Source of the DNA: Octopus sinensis
Lineage: Eukaryota
DNA length: 64,000 nt
Assembly (NCBI RefSeq): GCF_006345805.1
Contig: NC_042998.1
Location: 52,576,001-52,640,000 of the forward strand
Direction of reading: 5' to 3'
Shown: in pieces, positions 38,371-51,112 of the stretch
How the letters are laid out: the number at the start of each line of letters is the position of its first letter
Numbering within the stretch: position 1 is the stretch's first letter
Made by a program: the position numbers and the translations under genes
The notes under the pieces: generated by a model
Databases searched by the model: none
What the model saw: the letters and a program-made list of their open reading frames with translations, nothing else
What the model was told of the DNA's origin: nothing

Positions 38371-38834
38371 CCTATGTATGTGTAAATGTTTGCATGTGTA
38401 TTTGCACTGCTCTTTCAAGTAGAAATCCACATCTGCAACCCCCATCATTGCTAAAACTAAATAGTGGATCAATAAATAAAATAAAATAAAATCATGGGTA
38501 GATAGATGCTGGAAAATTAATGGAGACAGCAATATGCTTTATACATTTATTGTATTACAAGAAACTTCACTATTCTTTCTCAAAATCAATATTTCATTTA
38601 TTCATTCTTAACCTCATGCTTTTGTGTTTATTCTACTTTATTTGTGCTAAGAGCATTACCTTTATGACTACGCTTGATTTAATACCTCAACATATCTTTG
38701 TAGAACTTGTTTGTCCAGTGTTTCTTTCCTTTCTAATGTCTGTTTTGTTTCTCGTCTTTTCTCTTCAATTATATGCATTATTATGGTCTTCTCTGATGTT
38801 GTTACAAGATGTAAATCGCAAATAAAATGTATTA

Positions 38835-39490
38835 TTGTAGGAGACTGAGACCTTTGGAGATATGCTGTGATTGAGATGATCCAGCAACTAAAGCGAGATT
38901 GCAGCCATAGCCGATGCCAGGGTTGCATGTCCAGCCCATTTAAAAGTACCCTTGATGCATTGGGCAATATGATATGCTTGAGAAGACCTGCTGAGTCAAG
39001 TAAAACCAAAATGGTAGCTGTGGCCAGTGCCCCCTGACTGGCTCCCATTCCGTTGGCATGTAAAATGCACCATCTGAACGTAGTTGATGCCAGTGCCCCC
39101 TGACTGGCTCCCATATTGGTGGCATGTAAAAAGCACCATCTGAACGTGGTCAATGCCAGGTCTGCCTGACTGGCTCCCATGCCAGTGACATGTAAAAAAC
39201 ACCATCTGAACATGGTTGACGGCAGTGCCCCCTCACTGGCTCCCATGCTGGTAGCACATAAAAAAGTACCATCTGAACATGGTTGATACCAGTTCCCCCC
39301 AACTGGCTCCCATGCCAGTGACACATAAAAAGCACTACCCGAATGTGATCAATGCCAGATCTGCCTAACTAGCTCCTGTGCCGGTGGAACATAAAAAGCA
39401 CCTACTACACTCTAAGAGTGGTTGGCATTAGAAAGGGCATCCAGCTGTAGAAACATTGCCAGATCAGATTGCATCGGCCACGTTCGGATG
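38835..39490 (+). mobile_element. RTE ORF end, UTR and family D tail with about six ~61-bp units
   Basis: gactgagacctttggagatatgctgtg resembles DRDLWRYAV; tandem gccagtgccccctgactggctcccat..catgtaaaaagcaccatctgaac units. Confidence 0.8.
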
Positions 39491-40077
39491 GTGCTTATGT
39501 GTGTGTGTGTGTGTACATGTACACGCATACCATGTGTGCACATGCACACACACACACACATGTCATTCTATTACTCACAGGTGAAACTCAGAGTAGCAGG
39601 AGACTGACTCAACCAAAATGAAAACATTGATCTTTATTATGGCATTGAGTACTCTTCCTTTTGACACATATATGTGTGTATAGGTGTGAGTGGTAAGAGA
39701 AAGAGAGAATGCACTATATGCTGCTAAGAATAGAAAGACAGGACTTCCAACCAGGAAACAATGTAGAAGGAAGAGAAAGAAAGGAAACTTATGTGCCGTT
39801 ATTAAGAGATAGATACAGATACAGTGAGCTGAGAAGATGGTGAATCACATGGACAAATGGAAACAGCAGCTGATACTGGTAACTGTCTGTCATGTTTAAT
39901 GACATGTCATCATTGAAAATTCATTTTGATGCAAGTTATAAACAAATTAAAGAAAAATATATATTTGGATGGGGTAAAGAAGACAGTTGTTGATAAGGGT
40001 GTGCATACATTGTGTATCTGTATACACATCATGTGTATGTGTGCATGTGTATATAAATATATATATATATATATATA

Positions 40078-40460
40078 GCTTTTGCTTGTTTCAGTGATTT
40101 GACTGTGGCCATGCTAGCGCACCACCTTAGAGGGTTTTAGTCAAACAAATCAACTCCAGGACTTATTTTTTTCAAGCTTAGTACTTATTCTATCGGTTCC
40201 TTTTGCCAAACTGGTAACTTACGGAGATGTAAACACACCAACACTGGTTGTCAAGCAGTGGTAAGGAACAAACACAGACATAAAAACACACACACACACA
40301 CATAGATATATACACATATACGATGGGTTCCTTTCAGTTTCTGTCTCATAAGGCTTTGGTCAGCCTGAGGCTATAGTAGAAGACACTTGCCCAAGGTACC
40401 ACAGAGTTGGACTGAACTTGGAACCACGTGAGTGGGAAGCAAGCATCTTACCATACCGCC
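40078..40460 (-). mobile_element. Family B SINE
   Basis: gactgtggccatgctagcgcaccacc..aaggctttggtcagcctgaggctatagtagaagacacttgcccaagg. Confidence 0.85.
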
Positions 40461-40505
40461 ACAATATATATATATATATATATATTGATGATGATGATGA
40501 TGATG

Positions 40506-40541
<36 letters not shown>

Positions 40542-40719
40542 ATATTGAGTTTAGAGGGATATATTATCCAGGCAAATACTGTGGTAGTTCTCAGTTATGT
40601 TCCAGGTTATGGCTAACCACATTGATTAGTACTTAATGTTTGTGACTACTATGTGTTGTCACTCATACTGTAAATTCCTCCGTTGGGTAATTCTGTGTTT
40701 GCTTTACTGGAATGTATAT

Positions 40720-41005
40720 TAGCAATAATTACAATGGTAGAGAATATGGGGACTGGCACATCCTTAAAATTTATTTCCTTGTATTTTACAATTTCATACA
40801 GCACTGTATTCAGTTCACTTCAAGCCTAGCTGCAACGAAAATTATGCCCGGTTGCATGAGCAACTGTCCCTGCTCTGTGCAGTGGCAACACATATAGGTC
40901 ATCATAAGCATAAAAACATACTGTATGAAAATGTAAAAATGAAAGGAAATAAATTTTGAGGATGTATCAGTCTCCATTTTCTCCATCGTTATAATTATTA
41001 CTTTT
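40720..41005. mobile_element. Old fold-back element (MITE-like) with ~80-bp imperfect TIRs
   Basis: ..ggactggcacatccttaaaatttatttccttgtattttacaatttcatacag vs reverse ..gactgatacatcctcaaaatttatttcctttcatttttacattttcatacag. Confidence 0.6.
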
Positions 41006-41109
41006 CACTCGTTAGTGATGTCCTGTTCTTAATGTGTATTTTTTAATTTCTTTAATAATTGAATGCCATGCAGCCTTTGTCAACAGAAAGTTTTTACATT
41101 TATATGTAT

Positions 41110-41435
41110 GTATCATCATCATCATCATCATCATCATTTAGTGTCCATTTTCCATGCTAGCATGGGTTGGACGGTTCTACTGGGGTCTGTGAAGCTGGAA
41201 GGCTTCATCAGGCCCAGTCAGATTTGGCAGTGTTTCTACGGCTGGATGCCCTTCCTAATGCCAACCACTCCGTGAGTGTAGTGGGTGCTTTTTACATGCC
41301 ACCTGCACAGGTGCCAGACAGAGCTGGCAAACGGCCACAAACAGATGGTGTTTTTACGTGCCACCGGCATGGGGGCCAGGCGAGGCTGGCAACGGACATG
41401 AACGGATGGTGCTTTTACGTGCTACCGGCATGGGA
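41110..41435 (-). mobile_element. Family D element
   Basis: (CAT)n then tccattttccatgctagcatgggttggacgg..gcccttcctaatgccaaccactc. Confidence 0.85.
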
Positions 41436-41959
41436 TAAATATTTCTTCTACTAGTTCCAGTCATTGGACTAGAACTAGTGGATTCAGTTGATGGAAACTG
41501 AAAGAAGCCTCTCTCTGCAACTTAACAGATTGGCAAAATGAGAATCAATTGAATAAGAACCAGATTTTAAAATTAGTACTGGGGTTGATTTATTTGACTA
41601 AACCTATCCAGTCAGTGCCCCAGCATGGCTGCAGTACAAAAACTGAAACTTAAAAAGTCAAAAAATAGACAGATATATCGAGTGCATGTAACATGTCTTT
41701 ACTAAAGTTTTATACTCTGGCAGCCGGTCACTACCATCTTACTCTTTCCTAGCACCTCTCATCCACCTTTATATAAACGTTGAGTAACCATGTACCTTCT
41801 CTGTAACTAGACTCCTCTGCTTGTTCCTGGCATAAAATCCCCTTTCCACTGTCTCAAATACTTTTCCCATGTAGTCAAGAGGGCTTTTCCCTTTCCTTTC
41901 TTTATTCTTATTCTTGTTCTTTCCTATCCTGCAAGTTACTTGGCAACTCCATGAGTGCT

Positions 41960-42145
41960 GGTGCCAGGAATAACACCAATAACACCAATACACAGAGTAC
42001 AGTGGTTAATGTTAGGAAGGGTATCCGGTCATAGAAACCATACCAAAGCTGACTTGGACCTCGATGTAGACCTGTGGTTCACTGGATTCTGTCAAACTGT
42101 CCAACTCATGCCAGCATGGAAAACAGATGTTAAATGATGATGATA
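41960..42145 (+). mobile_element. Truncated family D tail
   Basis: ggaagggtatccggtcatagaaacc..ccaactcatgccagcatggaaaacagatgttaaatgatg. Confidence 0.7.
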
Positions 42146-42149
42146 CATA

Positions 42150-42790
42150 TGAGGGGAAGTCAAAAATTATCCACACTTCCACCATAACATATCTTTACTA
42201 TTGTCACATTTCCTTCTGTGCACGAGTGCTTATAGTTGGTACTTTTGTGGTCATGTGGTCAAAGTTTGAGTTTGATTGCGCCATTTTTCTTTCTGGTTTT
42301 ACAGTGTAAACATGGCCACTCCACTAACAATGTGCACCAAAGGAGAACAAAGAACAGTGATCCAATTTCTCTGGTCAGAAGATGTGTTGGGTGCTGAAAT
42401 TCATTGGAGGCATTGAGCACAATATGGGGACAGTGCACTACTGCATAGAAGTATGTATGACTGGATTGAGAAGTTTAAAGTGACCAGACAAGCATGACAC
42501 ACGAAGAGGGAGCAGGATACCCGTCAACTTCCACCACTGACAAGAAGATTCAGCAAGCACCATTACGATCTCTCGAATCACTACTCTTTGTTATTTTTTT
42601 TATGCACATTGCCAGTAGAGTGGCCATGCTTGCGCTGTAAAGCCAGAAAAAAAAAATGGTGTGATCAGGCTCAAATTTCGATTACATGACCACAAAAGTA
42701 CCAACTCTAAGCATGTATATGCTGAAGGCAGTGTGACAATTATAAAGATATGTTATGGCAAAAGTGTGGATAATTTTTGACTTCCCCTCG
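42150..42790 (+). mobile_element. Non-autonomous mariner with ~185-bp inverted arms and an N-terminal transposase remnant
   Basis: TA|tgaggggaagtcaaaaattatccacactt..aagtgtggataatttttgacttcccctcg|TA. From 42312: MATPLTMCTKGEQRTVIQFLWSEDVLGAEIHWRH*AQYGDSAL..YDWIEKFK (mariner N-terminal HTH pattern). Confidence 0.9.
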
Positions 42791-42841
42791 TATGTACGTA
42801 CGTACATACGTACATGCATACATACATATATATATATATAT

Positions 42842-42873
<32 letters not shown>

Positions 42874-43553
42874 ATATATATATGTATGCATAATGAAATT
42901 TGGTAAATATTTTTTATTAAATTTAACTGAGAAAGTATTTGCCTACCCAAAGATATGACAATTATCCAAAGTATCACAAAGTGGGATTGAACTTGGAATG
43001 ACAAGGGTGCAATGCAAACTTCTTAACCATGCACCAACAGACACACACACACATTGCTTGACAACTGGCATTGCTGTGTTTACATCCCTGTAACTTAGTG
43101 GTTTGGCAAAAGAGCCTGATAAAATAAGTACCAGGCTTATAAGAAAAAAACTACCATTTTTAAATAAATGATGGGTGACAATGTTTAATTGAGGAAATAA
43201 AAATAATAACTCTGTAAAGCCAGCCAAAATATTTATAGATAAATCCAAGAATACAATTCAGACAATTATTTTCTTTCAATCTGTCCTTAACATCATTCAT
43301 GAAAAAAAATCAAATAAAAAAATTTAATTTGTATTTTTATTGTCTTTCTTAATAACTCATCACTGCCAGACCCCATTTTTTACCTTTTCTTGTGACACTG
43401 AGGTCAAGAGAATGAATTATATCCTCACTATCTGATTATAGTGTGATGCTCAGAGAAACAGACTAAGAAGCAACTGTACTTCTTTTATCTTATTTTTCTC
43501 AGTTTTAATCTCCAGTAATCTTCCATGCTTTTCTTTGCTTTGCATCTCATTTA

Positions 43554-43594
<41 letters not shown>

Positions 43595-44091
43595 TTCTCT
43601 CTGCTTCCTGCTATATTTAATTTTACAATTTTCCTTCCTTTTATCAAATCACAATTCAACTCAAGATTTTAACCTGTTTCTTTTACCCGCTACCACTTTT
43701 TAAAGTCTTGTTTTATCATTTTTCTTATCTGTTCATCTTGTCCATTTATCAAAATGACTACTTTTAATATTTTTTTTTAAAACATATTTAATTTTTGCTT
43801 AATTTCCTTGTTTTAATGGTTTCCAATTCTACTTCTCTTTATGAAGTCTTTATCGTTTTTTAACTCCACATCACCACTTGACCCATATGAAATATCAGTT
43901 AAATCTCAAATAATTACAAACTATTTAAAAAAAAAAGTAACCGATACATTAGATCAGTAGTTCGCAACCATTTTCTGACAATAGACCTATTTTACCCAGG
44001 ATGTGGGGGTTCTCATAGCCATTTGATGTCTAAAAACTGTTATATTTTTATGATTAAATATTATTAGGAATTGCATTAAAAACATATTTAA

Positions 44092-44311
44092 CCCTTTATC
44101 ATTCAAACTGGTCACATCTGACCAAAATATTCTATCTGTTTTATATTCAAACTGGCCAAACCTGGCCCTTCAAAACAATCCTACAATATCCTTCTAAATA
44201 TTAACTGTTAGCTCATCAAAATCTCGAGGCTATGAGATAATGCATAATTTATTCAAATCAATGTGAATGAATAAGCATTACTTTTGATAGAATAATCTGA
44301 ATAGTAAAGGG
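44092..44311 (+). mobile_element. piggyBac-like MITE (family E) with TTAA TSD
   Basis: TTAA(44088-44091)|CCCTTT..AAAGGG|TTAA(44312-44315). Confidence 0.8.
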
Positions 44312-44740
44312 TTAAATACTTTGGGTATTGTAGAAATATAACCAGTTTACTGCCCATAAATGAAATCTTATGTGGACCCCGAGGTTCATGTGGTACCCAT
44401 CTGAAGACCAAAAGCAAACAAAAAAATGTATGATCAATGTTGGAATGCCAGTGATTACACTGTGTAACACGATTTTTGTTCTTGGGAAGCAACTGTTATT
44501 TCTTATTTCCCTACCCTTAGAAAGTATGAAAAATGGGTAATATTTCCTTCAAACTTTTCATTTGTTACATTTATTCAAACCCCAAAGAATCCCACTCAAC
44601 ACATTGCCACGATGCTCCTTCACAATTCCTGCTCATGATCAGAGATACACATATCAGCCACTAAGGGACATGCTCAAGTGATTAAGGTCAAGCAACTGCC
44701 AAGCAAATTTGTGCTATTGAGCAGAATATTTACTATAATA

Positions 44741-44970
44741 GGGCGGTGAGTTGGCAGAAACATTAGCACGCTGGGCGAAATGCTTAGCAGTATTTTGTCT
44801 GCTGTTACGTTCTGAGTTCAAATTCTGCCAAGGTCGGACTTTGCTTTTCATCCTTTCAGGGTCAATAAATTAAGTACCAGTTATGCACTGGGGTCGATGT
44901 TATCGACTTAATCCCTTTGTCCTTGTTTGTCTCCTCTATGTTTAGCCCCTTGCGGGCAATAAAGAAATAA
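44741..44970 (+). mobile_element. Full-length family A SINE with ~16-bp TSD, inserted at the end of a reverse family F copy (44500-44740)
   Basis: gaatatttactataat precedes and gaatatttattataat follows the SINE. Confidence 0.9.
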
Positions 44971-45499
44971 GAATATTTATTATAATGATATTTCTGCTCC
45001 AGTAACTTAGCACTGAATCTGTGGGAAATGTAATGGAAAATTGGTCAGTTTCAGAACACAGATGTACATGTCACAAAAGGGGCTTGAAGGGAAAAGTACT
45101 GATTTTCTTTGATCTCTATATAGAAGCAAATAAGAAATATTTACTAACCAAAGACAAAAATTTTTTAAAAATCATTACACAGTGTTATAGGCCAGCTCAT
45201 CTTGGGGCTAAACAAATACATTCCAATGGTTGTGGTCAGATTTGAACTCAAAACCACAGTTCTTTGAACTTCAAAACAATCAACAGACAGATATTCATGC
45301 AGGTTAGTGCTGTTCAGTGATTCATGCAGTAATTCATGAATGAATAAATAAATAAAAGTTACATAAAATAACATGTTTTGAAATTAATCTTCTACCTTTA
45401 GGCAAAAGATGTTTGTGTCTTGTTTAGAGATGGAACTGAATGTTGTTGGATAGCTAATGGTTAGTTCAGCTTGAAAAGAGGAAAAATGTAGTCTCTTTG

Positions 45500-45975
45500 T
45501 CTATTGAGAGAGGGAGAGAGAGATACACAATGAAATAGAGTGAGAGAGAGAGATGCTGAGAGAGAGGGAGATAATGAAATAGAGTGAGAGAGAAAGAGAT
45601 GCTGAGAGAGAGAGAGAGAGACAATGAAATAGAGTGGGAGAGAGAGAGATGCTGAGAGAAAGAGAGAGACAATGAAATAGAGTGGGAGAGAGAGATGCTG
45701 AGAGAGAGAGAGAGACAATGAAATAGAGTGGGAGAGAGAGAGATGCTGAGAGAGAGAGAGAATGAAATAGAGTGGGAGAGAGAGAGATGCTGAGAGAGCG
45801 AGAGAGACAATGAAATAGAGTGGGAGAGAGAGATGCTGAGAGAGAGACACACACACACAATGAAATAGAGTGGGAGAGAGAGATGCTGAGAGAAGAGAGA
45901 GAGACACACACACACACAATGAAATAGTGGGAGAGAGAGAGAGATGCTGAGAGAGGGAGACACACTGAGAGACCA
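45500..45975. repeat. GA-rich minisatellite (~40-46-bp unit, about 11 units)
   Basis: Unit caatgaaatagagtgg(ga)n tgct(ga)n; explains the S/L-rich ORFs at 45461-46050. Confidence 0.95.
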
Positions 45976-46084
45976 ATACAAGTGAATATAACAGACATTA
46001 AATGACGATGATGAAGATATCAAGGTAAGGAAATGGCAACAAATACTCATGCATACATATACATGACAAGCCTCTTTCAGTTTC

Positions 46085-46680
46085 TTATTTCTTTACTGCC
46101 CACAAAGGGCTACACACAGAGGGAACAAACAAGAACAGACAAACAGATTAAGTCATTATATCGACCCCAGTGCGTAACTGGTACTTATTTAATCAACCCT
46201 GAAAGGATGAAAGGCAAAGTCGACCCTGGCGGAATTTGAACTCAGAACGTAGCGGCAGACGAAATATCTATTTCTTTATTGCCCACAAGGGGCTAAACAG
46301 AGAGAGGACAAACAAGAACAGACAAATGGATTAAGTCGATTGGATCGACCCCAGTGCATAACTGGTACTTATTTAATTGACCCCGAAAGGATGAAAGGCA
46401 AAGTCGACCCTGGCAGAATTTGAACTGAGAACGTAGTGACAGACGAAATACCTATTTCTTTACTACCCACAAGGGGCTAAACACAGAGAGGACAAACAAG
46501 GACAGACAAATGGATTAAGTCGATTATATCGACCCAGTGCATAACAGGTACTTAATTTATCAACCCCGAAAGGATGAAAGGCAAAGTCGACCCCAGCATA
46601 ATTTGAACTCAGAACGTAGCAACAGGCAAAATACCGCTAAACATTTTGCCCGGCATGCTAACGTTTCTGCCAGCTCGCCT
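46085..46680 (-). mobile_element. Head-to-tail trimer of family A SINE
   Basis: Three ggatgaaaggcaaagtcgacc blocks. Confidence 0.9.
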
Positions 46681-47014
46681 CTTTCAGTTTCTGTCCACCA
46701 AATCCACACATGAAGCTTTGGTAATATTCAAGAGCTATGGGAGAGAGAGAGAGAGAGAGAAATAGACAGAGAGAGTGCTGGAAGAATTGATCCCAGTATT
46801 TAGCTGGTACGTTATCTACCATAAAGAATGAAAGGTGAAGTTGGCTTTGCTTTCCATTCTTTTGGACTTGATAAATAAAATACCAGCTATATACTGGAGT
46901 CGATTTTGCTAGCATTCTCTCAGGATGTAAACACACAGTATAAAAAACTGGAAATGAATAACACAAAGTATTCCGTCCACTACTCTAATGACTTAGTCAA
47001 TAGAGAGAGAGAGA

Positions 47015-47048
<34 letters not shown>

Positions 47049-47464
47049 CAATGAAATAGAGTGGGAGAGAGAGATGCTGAGAGAGAGAGAGAGACAATGA
47101 AATAGAGTGGGAGAGAGAGAGATGCTGAGAGAGAGAGAGAATGAAATAGAGTGGGAGAGAGAGAGATGCTGAGAGAGCGAGAGAGACAATGAAATAGAGT
47201 GGGAGAGAGAGATGCTGAGAGAGAGACACACACACACAATGAAATAGAGTGGGAGAGAGAGATGCTGAGAGAAAGAGAGAGAGACACACACACACACAAT
47301 GAAATAGTGGGAGAGAGAGAGAGATGCTGAGAGAGGGAGACACACTGAGAGACCAATACAAGTGAATATAACAGACATTAAATGACGATGATGAAGATAT
47401 CAAGGTAAGGAAATGGCAACAAATACTCATGCATACATATACATGACAAGCCTCTTTCAGTTTC

Positions 47465-48060
47465 TTATTTCTTTACTGCCCACAAAGGGCTACACACAGA
47501 GGGAACAAACAAGAACAGACAAACAGATTAAGTCAATTATATCGACCCCAGTGCGTAACTGGTACTTATTTAATCAACCCTGAAAGGATGAAAGGCAAAG
47601 TCGACCCTGGCGGAATTTGAACTCAGAACGTAGCGGCAGACGAAATATCTATTTCTTTATTGCCCACAAGGGGCTAAACAGAGAGAGGACAAACAAGAAC
47701 AGACAAATGGATTAAGTCGATTGGATCGACCCCAGTGCATAACTGGTACTTATTTAATTGACCCCGAAAGGATGAAAGGCAAAGTCGACCCTGGCAGAAT
47801 TTGAACTGAGAACGTAGTGACAGACGAAATACCTATTTCTTTACTACCCACAAGGGGCTAAACACAGAGAGGACAAACAAGGACAGACAAATGGATTAAG
47901 TCGATTATATCGACCCAGTGCATAACAGGTACTTAATTTATCAACCCCGAAAGGATGAAAGGCAAAGTCGACCCCAGCATAATTTGAACTCAGAACGTAG
48001 CAACAGGCAAAATACCGCTAAACATTTTGCCCGGCATGCTAACGTTTCTGCCAGCTCGCC
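47465..48060 (-). mobile_element. Duplicated family A SINE trimer
   Basis: Copy of 46085-46680. Confidence 0.9.
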
Positions 48061-48393
48061 TCTTTCAGTTTCTGTCCACCAAATCCACACATGAAGCTTT
48101 GGTAATATTCAAGAGCTATGGGAGAGAGAGAGAGAGAGAAATAGACAGAGAGAGTGCTGGAAGAATTGATCCCAGTATTTAGCTGGTACGTTATCTACCA
48201 TAAAGAATGAAAGGTGAAGTTGGCTTTGCTTTCCATTCTTTTGGACTTGATAAATAAAATACCAGCTATATACTGGAGTCGATTTTGCTAGCATTCTCTC
48301 AGGATGTAAACACACAGTATAAAAAACTGGAAATGAATAACACAAAGTATTCCGTCCACTACTCTAATGACTTAGTCAATAGAGAGAGAGAGA

Positions 48394-48424
<31 letters not shown>

Positions 48425-48989
48425 TGAGAGTGCGTGCACTGTGGACTGCCTTATGCTATCCATTTTGGATCTCTTTGCTGTGAGTCCAAATTATATTGAG
48501 GCCAACTTTACATTTCATTCTAATGTGGGTCGATAAAGTAGCAGTCACATACTGGAACCAATTCTTCTCTCTTTCCCCACTACACACTTTTCTCCCTGGA
48601 AGAAAACTTCCTGTAACAAGGTTTTAGAAGGCTGGACACTATCAGACTTAAGAATACCAAGGCAAACTATGTGTTATGACAGTCACCTGTCTGCACTCAC
48701 ACTGGAATGGCAAGACAACACCACAATGTGTATGTGTGTGTGCTTGTGTGTATGTGTGTGTACATGTGTGTGCATGTCTTTGCATTGGTTTGTACTCTTC
48801 CGCCACTTGACAATCAACCCAATCATTTAGTGGTTCAGCAAAAGTAACCAATAAAACAAATACTAGGCTTTAAAAAAAGCTTTGGTGTCAATTCCTTTGA
48901 TAAAAATTGTTTCAAGGTGGTGCCTCAGTATTGCTGCAATCTAATGACTGTAACAAGTAATAAATAAATAAGTAAATAAATATATATAT

Positions 48990-49361
48990 ACTCTTTACTC
49001 TTTTACTAGTTTAAGTCATTTGACTGTGGCCATGCTGGAGCACTGCCTTTAGTCGAGCAAGTCGACCCAGGACTTATTCTTTGTAAGCCTAGTACTTATT
49101 CTATCGGTCACTCTTACCGAACTGCTAAGTTACGGGGACGTAAACACACTAGCATCGGTTGTCAAACACACACACACACACACACACAATTACATATATA
49201 CAATGGGCTTCTTTCAGTTTCCGTCTACCAAATCTACTCACAAGGCTTTGGTCGGTCCGAGGCTATAGTAGAAGACACTTGCCCAATGTGCCACGCAGTG
49301 GGACTGAACCCAGAATCATGTGGTTCATAGGCAAGCTACTTACCACACAGCCACTCCTGCA

Positions 49362-49365
<4 letters not shown>
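48990..49365 (-). mobile_element. Young full-length family B SINE
   Basis: CpGs retained (gtcgagcaagtcgacc, ccgtctacc, gccacgcag). Confidence 0.9.
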
Positions 49366-49411
<46 letters not shown>

Positions 49412-49448
49412 TACATATATATGTGTATATATATATATGTGTGTGTAT

Positions 49449-49497
<49 letters not shown>

Positions 49498-49526
49498 ATA
49501 TGTATATATCTATCAATCATCTATAT

Positions 49527-49768
49527 CATAATCATCATCATCATCATCGTTAACGTCCGTTTTCCGCGCTAGCACGGGTTGGACGGTTTCGACCGGGGTC
49601 CTGGGGAGCTCGGGACTGCCCCAGGCTCCAGTCTAGTCTGGCAGTGTTTCTACAGCTGGATGCCCTTCCTAACGCCAACCACTCCGCGAGTGTGTGGGTG
49701 TTTTTTACGTGCCACCTGCACAGGTGCCAGAGGGGTGGCATCGGCCACGTTCGGATGGTGCTTTTTAT
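49527..49768 (-). mobile_element. Family D element
   Basis: catcgttaacgtccgttttccgcgctagcacgggttggacgg. Confidence 0.85.
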
Positions 49769-50229
49769 GGGGGGGGGTGCAGAAATATAGGGGAGCATCA
49801 GTGGAGGGGTGTTCAGAGGACAGGTTCTAGGCAAGTAGAACGTAGGAAATCGAGAGAGAGGTAATGCATGGTGAAATAGCGTATGAAGAGGGGGGTTCAA
49901 AGAGTAGACACCTATAATGGTGGTGGGGGGGGCAGAAATATAGGGGAGCACCAGTGGGAGGGGTGTTCTGAGGACAGGTTCTAGGCAAGTAGACGTAGGA
50001 TATCGAGAGAGGGGTAATGCATGGTGAAATAGCGTATTGAAAGGGGGTTCAAAGAGTAGACACCTATAATGGTGGTGGGGGGTGCAGAAATATAGGGGAG
50101 CACCAGTGGGAGGGGTGGTTCAGAGGACAGGTTCTAGGCAAGTAGAACGTAGGATATCGAAGAGGGGAATGCATGGTGAATAGCGTATTGAAGAGGGGGG
50201 TTCAAAGAGTAGACACCTATAATGGTGGT
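49769..50229 (+). repeat. G-rich ~152-bp tandem repeat, 3 copies
   Basis: gcagaaatatag recurs at 49779, 49932 and 50084. Confidence 0.95.
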
Positions 50230-50655
50230 ATCGAAATCGATCAATGGAAATTGCAGATGTGTTACCAGTGCCGGTGGCATGTAAGAGAACCTTCCGTTTC
50301 GTGACCGTTGCCAGCACCGCCCCGACTGGCCTCGTGCCGATGGCACGTAAAAAGCACCATCCGTTCGTGTCTGTTGCCAGCCTCGCCTGGCCCTTGTGCC
50401 GGTGGCACATAAAAAGCACCATCCGTTGGTGGCCGTTTGCCAGCTCTGTCTGGCACCTGTGCGGGTGGCACGTAAAAAGCACCCACTACACTCACGGAGT
50501 GGTTGGCGTTAGGAAGGGCATCCAGCCATAGAAACACTGCCAGATTTGACTGGGCCTGATGAAGCCTTCTGGCTTCACAGACCCCAGTAGAACCGTCCAA
50601 CCCATGCTAGAATGGAAAACGGACGCTAAACGATGATGATGATGATGATGATATA
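50230..50655 (+). mobile_element. Family D element
   Basis: ggtggcacgtaaaaagcacc units and (GAT)n tail. Confidence 0.85.
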
Positions 50656-51080
50656 TATATACATATATATATATGTATGTACATATATCTATATATAATT
50701 AAGTACCAGTGAAACACTGGGTTTGATGTAATCGATTGTCCCCTCCCCCATAAAAATCTAGGTCTTGTGCCTATAGTAGAAACGATTATTATTAGTAGTT
50801 GTAGTATTGTTTAGTATGGTGCAGGTGAAAGGCTTCCTCTCATCATGCGCGTATAAAATGAAAGATCCAGCTGCGAGACTGCATTTACTTTTAGTAGCCA
50901 CACTATTTCCTTTGTGCCTGCACCCCCTCCACTTCTGTTGTGCCGTCTCATTTCATTCTTTTTGCATACCATTATTATTTTCATGCTTGTTTTTTTTTTC
51001 TTTTCCGGAACTTAGTTCCTGCTGTTTTCATAATTGTCATTGCAATGTTCTGTCATCCATTGCTCTTGAGGCCAACAGAG

Positions 51081-51112
<32 letters not shown>

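Larger units (their letters stand above)
45662..48422 (+). repeat. Near-identical tandem duplication, 2 x ~1.38 kb
   Basis: 45961 cacactgagagacc matches 47341 and 46981 matches 48360. I saw only a 1-nt indel and a 2-nt (GA) difference. Confidence 0.95.

Noticed and set aside
38990-39400. CRISPR-like regularly spaced repeats in family D elements
   Set aside because: The units are whole tandem repeats without unique spacers, in a eukaryotic retroposon tail, with no cas genes.
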